A stretch of DNA of 64,000 nucleotides. Origin: Cenococcum geophilum. Taxonomy: Eukaryota. Position 1 is the stretch's first letter; each line of letters opens with the position of its first letter. A program made the position numbers and the translations under genes. The stretch lies in the NCBI GenBank assembly GCA_050273025.1, contig CP158636.1, forward strand, positions 9,858,001-9,922,000. Reading direction: 5' to 3'. Shown here one piece after another: positions 14,001 through 27,900 of this stretch. The notes beneath the pieces are model-generated. The model did not search any database and had not been told where the DNA came from. It saw nothing but the letters and a program-made list of their open reading frames with translations.

Positions 14001-16589
14001 TTAGTAGTAATAGTAGTACTTTATAAGATACTTAATTGCCTTAACCTTAACTTTATAGCCTACTTACTAAAGAACCCTAAGTAATTAATAAACGGATAGG
14101 TGGCCAAAATAACGGTATAGTTAGCGTAATTCTAACTTAGTTAAGTAGCTTTAAGTAATACTCTTTTCTAATTAATAAAGGAGCAACTATAGGTAACCCT
14201 ACTTGCGCATAACGGGTACCTAATTGTCTCCCTAAATAAGTATATTCTTAAGGTTATTAAGCCTAATACCTAATTTATCTATATCTTTAATGTAAAATAG
14301 AAATGGAGTATTTGTAGGAATAATATAGAAGGTAATATACCTTAAGGGGGTTTAGACCCTAATTATACTAAAAGAGGTTATAGTACCCTTACTAAAACAA
14401 ATCGTGTATTAGCCTACTATTAAATAGTTAATCTAAATAGAGCTATTAAGCTATTAAAGGGCTTAAACTTAAGGTTCTCCTATTATAGATACTCCTGCGG
14501 CTTTAGTATCTGGTATAATACTATAAAAGACATTTACTAAGTATCTATTATTAAAGGAGAACGTAAAGCTCTCCTTTAGCTTATTAAAGATATCTAAATT
14601 CGTAATAGAATAGAGCGTAGATTAGTTATTAAGAATAGTAACGGTTTATATACTATCTACCTTACTATACTTAGTAAAGTATTAGTTAGGAGAGTAGTTC
14701 TTAATTTCTATATCTATAAGGAGCTATTTAGTCTTATTAACCTTACCCTTAAAATCTTTTACGCCTTTATATTAAACAAGAAAGCTTTAAAAGTAGGCTA
14801 TAATAACTTTATAATTTTTAATATTTCTTATACTTTAACGGAACTTATTATATACCTCCTTTTACTTATTAAGGGAGTGTCTAGTTAACTAGCAATTTAG
14901 CTTCTTATAAACGTAGCACTTTTTTTAGTAATTACTTTAAAATAAACCTCTATAAGGACCTCCATAATTACCTTATAGTTAATATTAATTATACCCTCTT
15001 CTATATTCCCTACTACGGCCACTATATATTTAATTAGTTTAGTTATAATTATGTTAGTTAGGAATACTTAGTTAGGTAGGGTTTTTAGTATAGAACTATT
15101 AAGATTCTTATATTCGTATTATAGTACCTATGGCAAAGCGTAGCTTAGTATATACTCCTTTAAATATATCCGCAGATTTATATAGCGCTAAGTTATATTT
15201 AAGAACGCTATAGCATGCTAAGATAACCTGGTCCCTTAGGCTGTTCTTATTTTAGTAAGTTTTAGTAAGGCTATATTAGATTTTCTAGAGTTTATTAAAG
15301 AGTAGTTAAAGGCACCCTAAATAAGTCTTTATTAAGTTAGAAGTGATAACTCTTTAAAATATAGTCTCCCGCTATTTAGATATATAAAGTTAGCAATTTT
15401 TATTAGTCTTAAAGTAGGCTTTAGTAAGCTAAAGTATTATATTAAAGCTATAGTTTTTACCCGTAATATAGTTGTAATAAAATATTATAACCCATTCCTT
15501 TAATATAATAGAGAAAGCGTAGTAGTACTAGTAGTATTAAATTTTAACCTTATTATAATAGTTATAGAAGACCTATAGTTTTACTCTAAGTATATTATAT
15601 AATTCTCCCCTAAACTTTTTCTCTTTATCTAAATATACCTTTATTAGATTCGTAACTTCTTATAATAGAGGCTTACCGGTTAGCTAGAGTAGAAGAGCTA
15701 AAGGCGGTAAAGGTAGAGGAAGAGTACCTCTAGGTAGAAGAGTATCTTTAGGTAGGAGGGTAGCGTTCTAGGGGTTTCATTCTAAATTAAAGTTGCTTTT
15801 TAAAGAACATAGGTTAGTTCTAGGTTTCTGTAGTTAATGTATAATCTTAGCTTCTGTCTATACTGGTTCTTTTATACTAATAATAACGGCCTAAATATTA
15901 CTAGCAATTAGGTTACCGTTTTTAGTAATATATACCCTATTCCTATAAAGGAAGTCTTAAAAATCCTAAATAATATTAACATTGCTAAGTGCCTAGGTGT
16001 TAGCGGTCTATCCTATAAAATCCTCCCTAAAATATTCCTATAGCTATAGATCGGCGTAGTATCTACTTTAGTAAAATATAATACGGTATAGGAGAAAGCT
16101 ATTAACTTATTTTATAGTATAAGTTATTATATTAAAGGTAAATTCGTCCTAATTTTTATTAATAAGTTTCGCGTATAAAGCTACCCCTAGTAGTAAGGAG
16201 TCTTCCTAGTCGTTTAAGGTAGGCGTAGCCATATTTTTAGAGGAAGGGAAGTGTTATTAGTATAGGGATTATTATTTAATACGCGTTTGTAACGTATATT
16301 TACAATTATAGGGCTTAGGACTAGTTCTAGCCTTAAATTATAAAGACTTATAAAGCGTATTATTTTATATAATAGACGTAAGAATCTATAATCTTAGAAA
16401 GGCTTAGGACCAGTTCTAGCCTTTAGATCCCTTAGATTCGCGGAAAAGTTTTATTTAAGGTTTAGGACCAGTTCTAACCTTAAAAGACAGCTTCCTTTAG
16501 CATAAGTAGCACTAGTATAGTAGCTTATCTCTTCTTAATAGAATACCTAGCTGTTCTATAGTATAATAGTAAAGTTAACTGCTAATTAG

Positions 16590-16822
16590 TGTTGGTTTTA
16601 TAAGATAATATTATATATCTATAAGTTGTAGGTAGTATAATAATTATTATTCTATTAAATGAGGGAGGGCAAGGAGCTTAAGGCTCCTTGCTACGCTACT
16701 GCCGCGGCAATATATAACGGCAACTTGCCGCACGTAACGGCAACTTGCCGCACGTAACGGCAACTTGCTACATATAATGGCAATTTGCCTTATATGGTGA
16801 CCACTTGCCTTTATTTCTAATA
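16590..16822 (-). repeat. 5' LTR of C2 (233 bp)
   Basis: Direct repeat of 10842-11054 with one extra 20-bp unit. Confidence 0.93.
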
Positions 16823-17157
16823 AAGACCTTTTATATAAAGAAGTAAGGAGTACTTTAACTATTACCAATTCTAATATAAAGATAGCGAGATATTTTAATT
16901 AACTTTATAGTTAATTTACCTAATAGTAATAGGTTTATAAATATTATAGTAGTTATTAACTATTTTATAAAAAAATAATATATAATTCCTATAGACTTAA
17001 TTAATATAATATTAGTAGCTAAATATTTTATTAAGTATATCTTTAAGCTATACAGACTTCCTAATTTAATAATATCTAACTATAAAAGCTAGTTTATTTT
17101 AGACTTCTAGTAAGCCCTATATAAATAATTAAGTATATAAACACGACTTTTAACTAT

Positions 17158-19820
17158 TTTATTTTTTATTTTTATTTTTTATATCCATTGTATTGTACTA
17201 CGTACAATACTGCGCATGCAGCCTTTGGGCTATAGCGCTATAGTTCTATATACATAAATCCTTTCTAAGCAGCTTAATATATACTAGTAGCTATATCCTA
17301 GTAGTTTATAAACCTCTAAACCAGAGGTTTATCGCTCCCTAGTAAAATACTAGGTTACAACAACTATTAGGTAGTATTAAAACAGTAAAAAAACGGTAAA
17401 AGAAACGGTAAACGAATCCTAACGCCTGCCCCTATACATTTTATAGTTTATTTCTGTCCTTTTACTCACTACTATCTATTTACTAGAAGTCTAGTAGAAG
17501 TTACCTCCTTTTAAAGCTTCTGCTTTCATTAGCCACTCTTTAGTAGCTATTTTTGTCTTACCCAGAAATAGGAGAAGCGCCCTTCTTCCTTTCTCTATAT
17601 AAAAGAGCTTCTCTAAGGAGAGAGAAGAGCTTAGTTATCTTTGCATTTCTTTTCTCTCTTCCCTGTATAGTCTGCATTCTAGTAATAGGTGCTTAGAAGT
17701 CTGTATAGCTCTACAGCCCTTAAAGTATCTACCTTTTTTATCCTTCCCTATTATATTAGAGAAGGATTTAAAGAAGCCTTTTCCTAGTTTTAGTTGATAG
17801 AAAGCTAATTATAACCTTTTAGGATATTTATCCTTAGGGGCTTTAAGAGATAAAGAGTAGTTTCCTCTAGAGATCCTAGTATAGTGTTTTCCTTTATTTT
17901 TTTTCTATTACCAGCTGCTTTTCCACTATCCTAGTATTTTTTCTCTTGCTGCTCTCCCTATATAGGCTAGGGATGTATAAGAAGATTGTATTTTTCCTTT
18001 AGAGAGGCTCTTTTTAGCTAGCTTATCTACTATTTCGTTTCTATAGATTTCTAGGTGGCTAGAAACTCAATAAAAGTTAATAGAGATATTCTTACTAGCT
18101 AGATAAAAGCAGCTTTGCGTAATTTTAAAGACTAGTTCTTGTCCCCCTATAAGAGAATTAAGCTGTAATCTTTTAATAGCTGCTTGGCTATCTATAAAGA
18201 TATAAACTTGTTTCTCTTCTAGTCTTTATTGTTTTAGATATTCTAGGGCCCTATAGACTGCATAAAGTTCTACGTCTATAATTTCCATATAAGGCCCTAG
18301 ATTCCAATTTGTTGCGTATTTAATCCTATTTCTCTCCCCTATTTTACATACGGCCGCTATACTTAATTTACTATCTTTAGAGCCGTCTGTATAGTATATA
18401 TCTACTAGGTCCCATTTTAGGGATTCTTATAGATTTTCTACTAGTCTTAAATGTTCTTATACAGCTTCTTCTTTACTACCCCTAGAGATAGAAAAGAATG
18501 CAGAAATAGGGGGAGACTACGGTTTTTGCCAATCTAAAGAGATTCTCTCTATTTTCCAATTTTGAATTAGTTACTGGACTCTAGAAGCTAGAGATAGTAG
18601 TTAAGTTTTTGGCTATAGAAGGTGTCTTATAGTAGAGTTTCTAGGGCTAGGACTAGAACTAGAACTAGTTACTAGTTCCTCCCTCTCCTTATTAATCTCT
18701 TTTATATAGGCCTTCTTAATTGCGTAGTTTTCTTTAAATTTTAGGATTCTTAATGTATAGCTATTGCAAAGCTTTTTAAATCTAATTCTAGGAGGAGGGA
18801 TAGAGGCCTCAATTTCTATAGCTTGCGTAGGAGATCCTCTAAGCGCTCCTAAAACTAGTTTTAGGGCCTCATTTTATAGAGATTGGTACCTAGCTAGTAG
18901 GTAGTCTCTAGATTTGCTTTTCCACCAGCATTGTATTCTATAGTCTGCTATAGTAGTAACGTAAGCTATATAGAGCTGTTGTAGGGCTTATAGAGATAGA
19001 CCTCTTTATATATTGCCTAGTCTTCTAATTAAATAGAAGGCTGTTTTTGCTTTAGAGATTTTTATTTCTACGTATTGTTTAAAGTAAGCCTAGAGTCTAG
19101 AAATACCCCTAGCCACCTAACTAGGGGTTTAGGGGATATTTCTATATCTCCTAGCTTTAGCCCTTCTTCTATAGTGGTACGTTTATTATAGAAGTGTATA
19201 AGCTCTATTTTACTAATATTAAAACTAATAGCAGCTTCTTTAGCTCTAGACATTAGCTCTAGCGCTATTCTCTCTAGCTTTTTACAATTGGATTTAGCTG
19301 AGTTCGAAGTAACCATAATTGCAAAATTGTCCATATAGCTAAGGGAATAGGCTCCTTCTGTCTATAGGCTGCAGATATTACGTATATATAGTAGAAATAA
19401 AATAGGGGATATAGGCGAGCCCTGTGGTATCCCTGTTTCTATTTCTACCTTTTCTTATATTTGTCCATTAAAGCAGAGCTATAGCTTTCTATTGCTAAGG
19501 AAGGTAGCTACCTATTGCGTAAACGCTATAGGTAGCCCTAGTTCCTTACAGATAGATAGAAGCTAGTTTGCAAAGACATGGTCAAAGGCCCCTTTTACGT
19601 CTAGAAATAGCGTAGTAGCTATTCTTTGTCTAGCTTTTTTCCTATTATTTTTAGACTGGATATTATTTAGGAGTAGTAGGACTGCGTCTATTGCGGACCG
19701 CTGTCTTCTTCCTCCTAGTTGCGAGTCTTAAAGTAAGCTAGTAGTACTAGCTAGATATCCTAATCTAGTAGCAAAGATCTTCTCTAGAATCTTTCCTAGG
19801 CAGTTTAGTAAGGAGATAGG
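17158..19820 (-). mobile_element. 5'-truncated Tad1/CgT1-like LINE (L1) with RT, RNase H and a C-terminal Cys/His motif
   Basis: A-rich tail seen as T-runs (17158-17180); TSD TAACTAT (17151-17157 / 19821-19827). Minus-strand motifs PISLLNCLGKILEK, GIPQGSPISPILF, IYYTDGS and IFIDSQAA. ORF 19068-19334 is an RT fragment (VRWLGVFLDSRL). Confidence 0.92.
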
Positions 19821-21051
19821 TAACTATATTTTATTTTAAAATAGATGGTTAAACTAAAATTATAAATATAATTATAGAATAATACCTATAAATATACTAC
19901 TCCTACCTATAAGACAACTGGGAAAAGTAGCTACCTTTAGCTAAGTTTATTGTAAATAATATAAGAAATAAATTAATAGGCGTAATACCGTTCTATATAA
20001 CCTATAGATAAGACCCTTAACTTAAATTTAAACTATAACCTAAAATTAATATAATAGGACCTATAATTAAGAGGATTTAACTAATTAATATATATAACTT
20101 TACTAATTAAATAAAGTAGTTAACGGAACTATTATAAAGTAAATTAGCGTACGCTTAAATAGTATAAAAATAGCATATAAATAAAGAATAAGCTCCCGCG
20201 TGGGACTTTAAGGAAGGTAATATAGTTTACCTAAATATATAAAACCTAAAGACTTAATAACCTTTAAAGAAACTTAATTAAAAGTCTATAGGCCTATACT
20301 AAATTAAAAAAAGACTAAGCCTATATATTTATAAGCTTAAACTACTAACTAAAATAAAAATATATCTAACGTTTTATATAAGCTTACTATAACCTTTAAA
20401 GGGTAAACCTATAACTTACAAAGTGCCACTGCTACCTCCTATAATTGTTAATAACGGTAATAGTTCTTACTTTATTAACTTAATTAATAATATATAATAG
20501 AAAACATAATCTAAATAATTTAAACTCCTTATTAAGTAGAAAGGATATAAAATATAAACTTAGAAAACCTATAACTAGATTAAAACTAACGCGCCTTCCC
20601 TAGTAAAAGAATTCTATAAAGGCTATTCTTTATAGCTTACTTTAGCTAGATAGATATAATATAGAGGTAAATAACTGCTACTTAATATAAATATACAAAA
20701 TATAATAGCAGAAAACTTAAAATAAAAAAAAAACTTAAAATATATTATAACGTTTATAATATAATTATATAATACGCAAGATATTAAGAAACTTTAACCG
20801 CCAGTTAAAGTTATCTAATTAGTTAAATTTTCCTTGCTAAGACCTACTATAAAAATATTAGTTCTGCTTACCACCTTAATTAAGCTAATAGCAATTTTTT
20901 ATTTTAGGGATAGAAAATCCTAATTAGCCTATTTAATAATAGAATTAGTAAAACTCTATACCGCTATTTAACGTAAAAATATAACACGCAATAAGTTATA
21001 AGTCTTAACTAAAATTAAATTATTTAGACCTTTAGCTAAAAGGGGGGGTAC

Positions 21052-21463
21052 TATAATGGGACTAGCCTAGTTATAGTAGGAATATCTTAGTAAAATACTT
21101 AATAGATAAATTCCGATGCTTTAACCAAATTCTACTAAATTAATTAAATTTTACTAAAGTCCGTTAAAGACCACGTGTATATATACGCACGCATTGACCA
21201 CTAAGCCCCTAACTATTTAATTATGTAATTCTCTTGTTATTCCTTTCTCTTCTTTATATAACGTCTTATTCTTAGCAAGAGCTATATACCCTTTAAAACT
21301 ATATTTTAACTAAATCTAAAATACTACTCTAATAAGTATAATTAGATATTAATTACTTCTATCTTCCTATATAGCACTATATAGAGTTTATATATACGCT
21401 ATAGGAGGAAACGTACTATACTTCTTAAATTTAGTGAATTTAAGTCCTAGTTAGTTAATTATA
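21052..21463 (+). repeat. 3' LTR of G2 (start firm, end uncertain, ~21420-21495)
   Basis: TATAATGGG (RIP'd TGTAAC/TGGG) directly after the PPT; partner LTR outside the window. Confidence 0.55.
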
Positions 21464-21508
21464 TAAAACCCTACTAATTAGGAAATAGATTATAATTAGT
21501 AATACTAT

Positions 21509-21827
21509 CCCTTAGCACGTTAGGGTCTAATAAGTAATTTATATAGGAATATCGTTTTCAAAACAATGCGTATATCTCTATAGATTTTAGCAATTAAATA
21601 CTCACCGCAATGTCTTCTAATCGTGCTAGAATTTCTATAGAAAGGATAAGTGCTAGTAATGTTATATTAAGCGACTTAACTCTAAAGAATAAGCCTATAT
21701 ATTAAAATATTATAGGGTTTAGCCTCTATTAATAGCTTGGTATTCTTAAGCACGGGCGTTAAATATAGCTTAATTGATTGGCTAGATCTTATCGATAACA
21801 GTTAGACCCAAATTAACGTACTAAGAG
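21509..21827 (+). mobile_element. piggyBac-derived MITE (319 bp), related to 7808-8439
   Basis: Ends CCCTTAGCACGTTA / TAACGTACTAAGAG flanked by AT. Shares CAAAACAAYGCGTATATCT, ATGYCTTCTAAT and TCTTATCGATA blocks with the 632-bp element. Confidence 0.82.
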
Positions 21828-21982
21828 ATAATACTAAATAGTAAGAAGGCTGGAGTATAGTCTAGTTTATAATCTATTTAAAAGAGCTAGAAAGTAATAT
21901 ACTTTATTTAAATCTATAAGATATTGCTCTATAACTTTACTAACTATTTACTAAGCTATAACCTAGGATTTTATAAGCTATA

Positions 21983-22403
21983 TATTACGGACGCTTTAAG
22001 TACAATGTTACGACTACTAGGAAAGGAGTTAAAAGAAGCTAGCTAGTTAATACGGGCACGGTCTAAGATAGAACTAGTGGAGCTATATAATAAGGAATAG
22101 TAGCTAAGGTTATATAACGTGCTATATATTAAACAAGAGAAATAAAAGGAACTTATATACCTTATATATAAGACGTACCTTATATATAAGAAGGATTTCT
22201 TAGAAGTATAGTTGTGTATTTAAAGGACTATAGTCCCCACTTAGATAGTTCTTCTCTTTTTATAGTAAATCTTAGAATATAATTAGAGTTAATCTATTAG
22301 GTAACCACTCTACTAGTTATATTTATATTGTTAACTATTCTATACCTATATACTTAGCCCATTAATAAGTCCACTGTAGTATTTCCTATAAGGCTTCATT
22401 ATA
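21983..22403 (+). repeat. 5' LTR of G3
   Basis: Direct repeat of 56304-56724. Confidence 0.95.
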
Positions 22404-24900
22404 TATTTACTACTAAGGTTACGGTAAAAGAAGTTAAATAACATACTACTAAAAGTAGTAGCTACAACGGCGTCCACAGTGGCGACTACCTTAGGATTAG
22501 GTAATAACACTAGTATAGTAGATACTAACTCGCAACTAGTTACTGTTAGATAGCTATAGAAAATGGTTAATTAATTAATAGATAACAATAGGATACTTAA
22601 AGAAAGGATTAATGGGATTGGAGCGGCTAAGGTTAAGTTACCCTCGATTAAGCGATTCTTAGGAGAAAAGTTAAAGCTTAAGGGGTTCCTTACGTAAATG
22701 CACTTTAAGGTTATATAAGAGGGAGTTAAACTAGGAACGCCTATAGATTAAGTTATGTATATAGGATTATTTTTAATAGGTAGGGCACATAAGTAGTTCA
22801 AGCCTTACCTTATGGAGGTATAGGAGTATAGCGTAACAACCACTAACTAGGAGATACGGTATATATTCTTAAGTTAAAACGGGTTTACGGAATAATTAAT
22901 ATAAATATTTAGAAACCTAAAGGTAATCACTATAGTAAAAAGAAAGCTTTATAACCTAGTATAAAGAACTTTAGTAATTAAATATATAATATAGTTTTAA
23001 ATATTGGTAATATAAGTTAAATAGAATAGTAAGGCGCTTATGGCATAGTATAAACAGGGACTTAAAGTAAAAGTTTAGGATATAATTATCCTAATAGAGG
23101 ATATGGATACTTTTAGGGATTTAATTAATTAAGTAATTAAGATTAATAATAGGATCTACTAAAGAGAGTAGACTAAAAAGGGTTAGGATAAAGTTCTATA
23201 GTTATATAAGGCGCAAAGCGCGCAACGATAAAGTTAAAGTTAAAAACTATAGTATAGCGCAGAGCTAATAGACCTAAGTAGTACTAAGGAAAATAAGAAA
23301 TAAAATAAACAATTATAGAAACCTAAAGGATAAGGATTAAGTAATTAAAGGTTTAAGGAGTAGAGGCTAAACTAGGGATTTTAGTAGTAGAAGACGTTCA
23401 GGCGGACTCTATAATAAGAAAAATAGTTTAAAAAAAGGGCTTGTATAAATTGCGGAAAATAGGGTTATTACGTTAAAGACTATAGAAGTAGTTAGAGTTA
23501 CTATATAGTAAAAGGAATAAAACTAGTAGAAGATATATATATATAAAGGGATAATAGTATACTATAAGGAATAAAAGAATGTTTAATTAGCAGTTTTGCG
23601 TTTTATTATAATAGCGTATACTAAATTTATAAAGACGCTAAGTACGGCGCAAGCTATTGGCTATAGGAGCTAAAATTATTAAAGTTTAGAGGAATTAACG
23701 AACTAGTTTATAGATTGGATATTAAGGATAATAAATTTAATATAGGCGAAATATTTAGTAATAATAAGGTAATAAGAGCAGCTTACTAGGAGTATATAAA
23801 CCTTAGAGATATTATAAAAGAGGTAAAGAATAATTCCACTATAGAATAGGGAATATTAGTAGGGATTAAAACCCTACTAGACACAACACCTATTGCTTTA
23901 TAAGACGCAAGGGAAGTAGAATAATAAACTACTTTGGCATTTAATAAAGGCAGAAGGCTAAAGGCTTAAGATTCTTAAGAAGAGATATAAGATGCTTAAG
24001 ATTCCTAAGACGGGATAAGATAAGCTTAAGGACCTATAATAGATGATAACCAATAGAGTAGAGTAACGGCTTAGTTCAGCGATATATAAATAAGCTTAGG
24101 ATAAAGTTTCCTAAAAATATAAGACTCTTAAGATAAGATAAGTAAAATTTAAGACTTTTAAGACGAGATAAGAACACTATAGAAGCCTAGTTAAACTAAG
24201 GCTAAAGCTAAGCTTAAGATAGAAGAAAGCTCGGGACTAAGAATTCTATAGGACTAAGATTTCAGTAATAAAATAAGGACTATTAAAGAAATTGCGAGCA
24301 AGGCTTAGTAACAGGATTAAAATGTTAATACTAAAATTAAAAAGTAAGAGAACTTTAAGGATTTATCTATAAGATATAAACTAAAAGAAACTATAGAAGA
24401 ATTTAGGTAAAGAATTATCGTATAGTAAGAATAGAAACTAGATAAGAGATTTAGCATACTAGGTCGTATAAGGGATAGAGTATCTATATAAAGAATTACT
24501 AATAGGCTTAGGGTAGGCATACTAAAAGCTAAGTAGCTTACTAAACTAGAAAATAAAAAGGATTTAGGGATCCCTATTAGGTTTAAAGAACGATATATAA
24601 AGGGCTATTATAATATAGTAATAAGAAGATACTTTCTTATAGATAAGCTATATATACTCTAATAGCTATATTAAAAGTGGTATAGATAGCGATATAATAA
24701 TAAGTAAGAAGATTTTTATATATAGTTAGATAAATAAGTTATCTAAAACTACCTAATTATAGAAAAGGCTATAACTTATATTAAAGGAGCCTTAATTATA
24801 ATATTAAAGGATCTAAAGGAATAATTAGAGGACTAAAGAAGTAAGAGGCGTATTTTAATACCTGTAAATAAAGTTATAATATTTAGATTAATATAGTAAA

Positions 24901-27900
24901 TGTAAGGTAAGGATGTGGATAAGGAGTCCAATAATAGAATAATAGGTGTATTATATAGACAGAGACAAATCCTTAAGGGAAAAGGAGGAGTCTGTATATA
25001 AGGTAGGAAGGGTTTTCCCTAGGTATATATAGAGCACGTACCTTACGGGCGAGTTACCCCTAGGTTGCCCTAGGGTCGCCTATACCTTATAGTTATATAA
25101 CTATCTACTTAAATTTTACCTAACAATGCCCCCCCCCCTTTAAAAAGGGTCGTCCCTAATCCTTTATATACTTAAGCCTTAATAAAACCCCATAAAAAAC
25201 CTTAGTAAGGAAAAAATTTAGAGGGAAAAGAGCGTTTTGATTTTGCGTATAGAGAGATAGGTAGTACATATACGCGGCGTAAAGATGTTAAGGAACTTTG
25301 ACCAGCGGTTAAAGTTGTTTAATTAGTTAGATTTACCTTGCTAAGACTCCCCCGCATTTAACTAAGCTAATAGCGATTTTACATGCCCGGTATAGAAAAT
25401 CTTAATTAGTCTATTTAATAGGTAGAGTTAGTGTAGCTTAATACCGTCGCCTAAATTTAGTAGACTAAAAATATTTTAAAGGCTCGCTTGTGTAGGCAGG
25501 TCGCTAGTACCTTATAAATTGGTTATAGGTTATTCGCATATAGCTAGATTTATAGATAGTAAGGCTATATGCCTATTAAATCCGCCGCTGACCCTGCTTT
25601 AGCCTTACGCTATACCGGCGTAGCGCCGTGTATACTTTATAGGTAGGTTATAGGTTATTTATATATAGCTAGGTTTAGGACGGCAAGGCTATATACCCGT
25701 TAAATCCGCCACTAACCCATGCTTTAGCCTTGCGCGTTATCTATATAGTATATGCGTGGAATAGTACTATAAGTTGTTGGTATAGGTTACTACTAGCGGG
25801 TCACTAGTAGGTCGTGGACCCCGGTTAAATAGACCCCGGTTATAAACGGGCGTAAGATATTAATGAATTAAAACTTCACCCTATATATACGCCGTAGTTC
25901 TTATAGCAATTGTTACTTATTCTTTAATCCCTTAGGACATTCTCTGCTTCACTTTAATATAGGTTATATTTTAATAGCGACGTTTACTTTTTGCCTACGC
26001 TTTAGCTATAAGGCTAGGGTGTCCCGCTTACGGTACTTATTTAGCAGTTATTAATAATTCTTAAGTTCTATCTCATATTTCTATTTATTATACTTATTTG
26101 GCCATCCTAGCTATTTAATAAGGTACTATGGTTATCTAGTACAATCCTAGTAGGCAATAATTGCTTCTACTTCCTAGCTGCCTTCCTTAAGCTCTTCTAC
26201 TGCTGGGGGTTAAAACCTAGAGCGTGACCTATAAGGCTCTAGTAAGGAGATATAGAAGACTAGGTGGAGCTGTACCATAGTAGGTAAAAGCTCTAGCTTA
26301 TATACTTACTGCCCTATACGCTCTAAGGTTTAAAACAGTCCCATAAACTTATAGTTAAGCTTTTTATAGGGATATTTCGTGCAGATATTCTTGGAGGAGA
26401 GTAGGACTTGTTTACCGACGGCGAAATACTTAGCTAGGTGGTGACGATTATAGTATTTTACCTAAAGCTGTTAGGCGTGCATTATTAACGCCGTCGCTGC
26501 CTTATATATAAGGCGTAGGCGTTATAAATACGTCTCTGCAAGTTTAACATTTGTTAACTTAAACCCCTCCCTACCTTACTAGGCATCTTAAACGCCGTCT
26601 AGAACTCTGTCCGGGACGTTTAGTAGCTAGCTATAGGCGAGCTTAATAGGGGAACGCTTTATTATAGTATGGACCTTAGAGTTATAGGTAAAGGCTGCTT
26701 CTTTAAGTAGGGAGGCCTAATTAGACTATTCCTAGTTCGTGAATATGCGTAGGTATACCTTAAGCTCCTAGTTCTGGCGCTTTATCTAACTATCTATCTG
26801 CGGGTAGAATGCGGTGCTAAGTTTATATTAAACGCGGAGATAGTAGCATATAGTGCTCTAATACTCGCTTATAAATATACTACCCCTATTAAAGACGATA
26901 TTATCTAAAGGCCCTATTTACATAAAGACTCTAAATAAGAGTTCTATAAGTTGCGTAGCATTAATTATTTTACGCACTAGATAGTAGTGTACTAGTATTA
27001 TAAAACGGTCTATAAGGATAAGAATAGAGTTATACTCTACACTATTAGGAGTCTTAGACTCTAGGAGATCTGTAATAAAGTTAAGTAAATAATGCTGCTA
27101 GGCTCGGGTGGGGACCTAAAGAGGCTGCAGCTCACTATAGGGTTTATAGCGGCGCGATTTGGAGCGTTAGCAGGCATTATAGTTATTTAGGTATTTATGG
27201 AGGTCCTAAGTAAGGCCGTTTTAAGTATACTTCCGCGCGATTACCTTAAAAGTATAGTTAAAACTATAGTGGCCGCCTATAGGATCGTTATAATTCCGCT
27301 TAAGGATCTCCTATTATAATAGTATATAATTCGGCACCTAGACCTTATTATTTTGCCTTAAGAGTTCTTAATTATTAAAGGTATAGTCCTTATTACTAGT
27401 AGGAACTTATTCCTAGGTTAACTAATTATATATAAAGCATATAAAGGCGTCCCTTTTTTATACTCTATAAATAAAATTAACTAGTAATTTAGGGGGGTAT
27501 TCTGTAAACGCCGTTTCGGCTAAAATAGCTACTACTACCTTTTGCCGTAGCACGAGACTCTGCGTAAAGTTAGTGCTAGTAAAGTAATATATAATACGCA
27601 GGTAACTCGCTGGGTTATTATAGGGGACTATAGCCTAGGCTAAGGGGTCTTCCCTAGGGTTAAGCGCTATTAGGCTAGTTAAAGTAGTCTTAAAGAGAAT
27701 GGTAGGACGCTCTAGTCCGCCAGCGCTAAGTTCGCAAGGGTTACTCGTATACTGCACGTATACTACTTACTAATTTGGTATAGTAGCACTAGGGCCGCCT
27801 ATAAGGCCTATAACCCGCAACTTTTGCTATAATATAGGCAGCATAGCATTAAGGATTGTCCTCTTACTACTATCTTTAAAGCCTTTAGTATAATCCAGGC

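Larger units (their letters stand above)
10842..16822 (-). mobile_element. Full-length GalEa-type Copia retrotransposon C2, RIP-inactivated
   Basis: LTRs 10842-11054 and 16590-16822; TSD AAGAC; CTAATTAG next to the 5' LTR; gag-PR-IN-RT-RH order on the minus strand; RT motif de-RIPs to IVGMQTDDTIILG (~12270-12315). Confidence 0.93.
7360..21463 (+). mobile_element. Gypsy/chromovirus G2 (gag end, protease, RT, RNase H, integrase, chromodomain, 3' LTR), heavily RIP'd, with four internal insertions and C1' at its left edge; 3' boundary approximate
   Basis: De-RIP motifs: ILIDSGAT (~7570), YIDDILIY (~9380), TTAPILVHF across the solo LTR, HDSPIAGHPG (~10705), RLSTAFHPETDGQTE across the LINE, chromodomain LIKWKGY (~20530). 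PPT AAAAGGGGGGG (~21038-21048). Confidence 0.88.
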
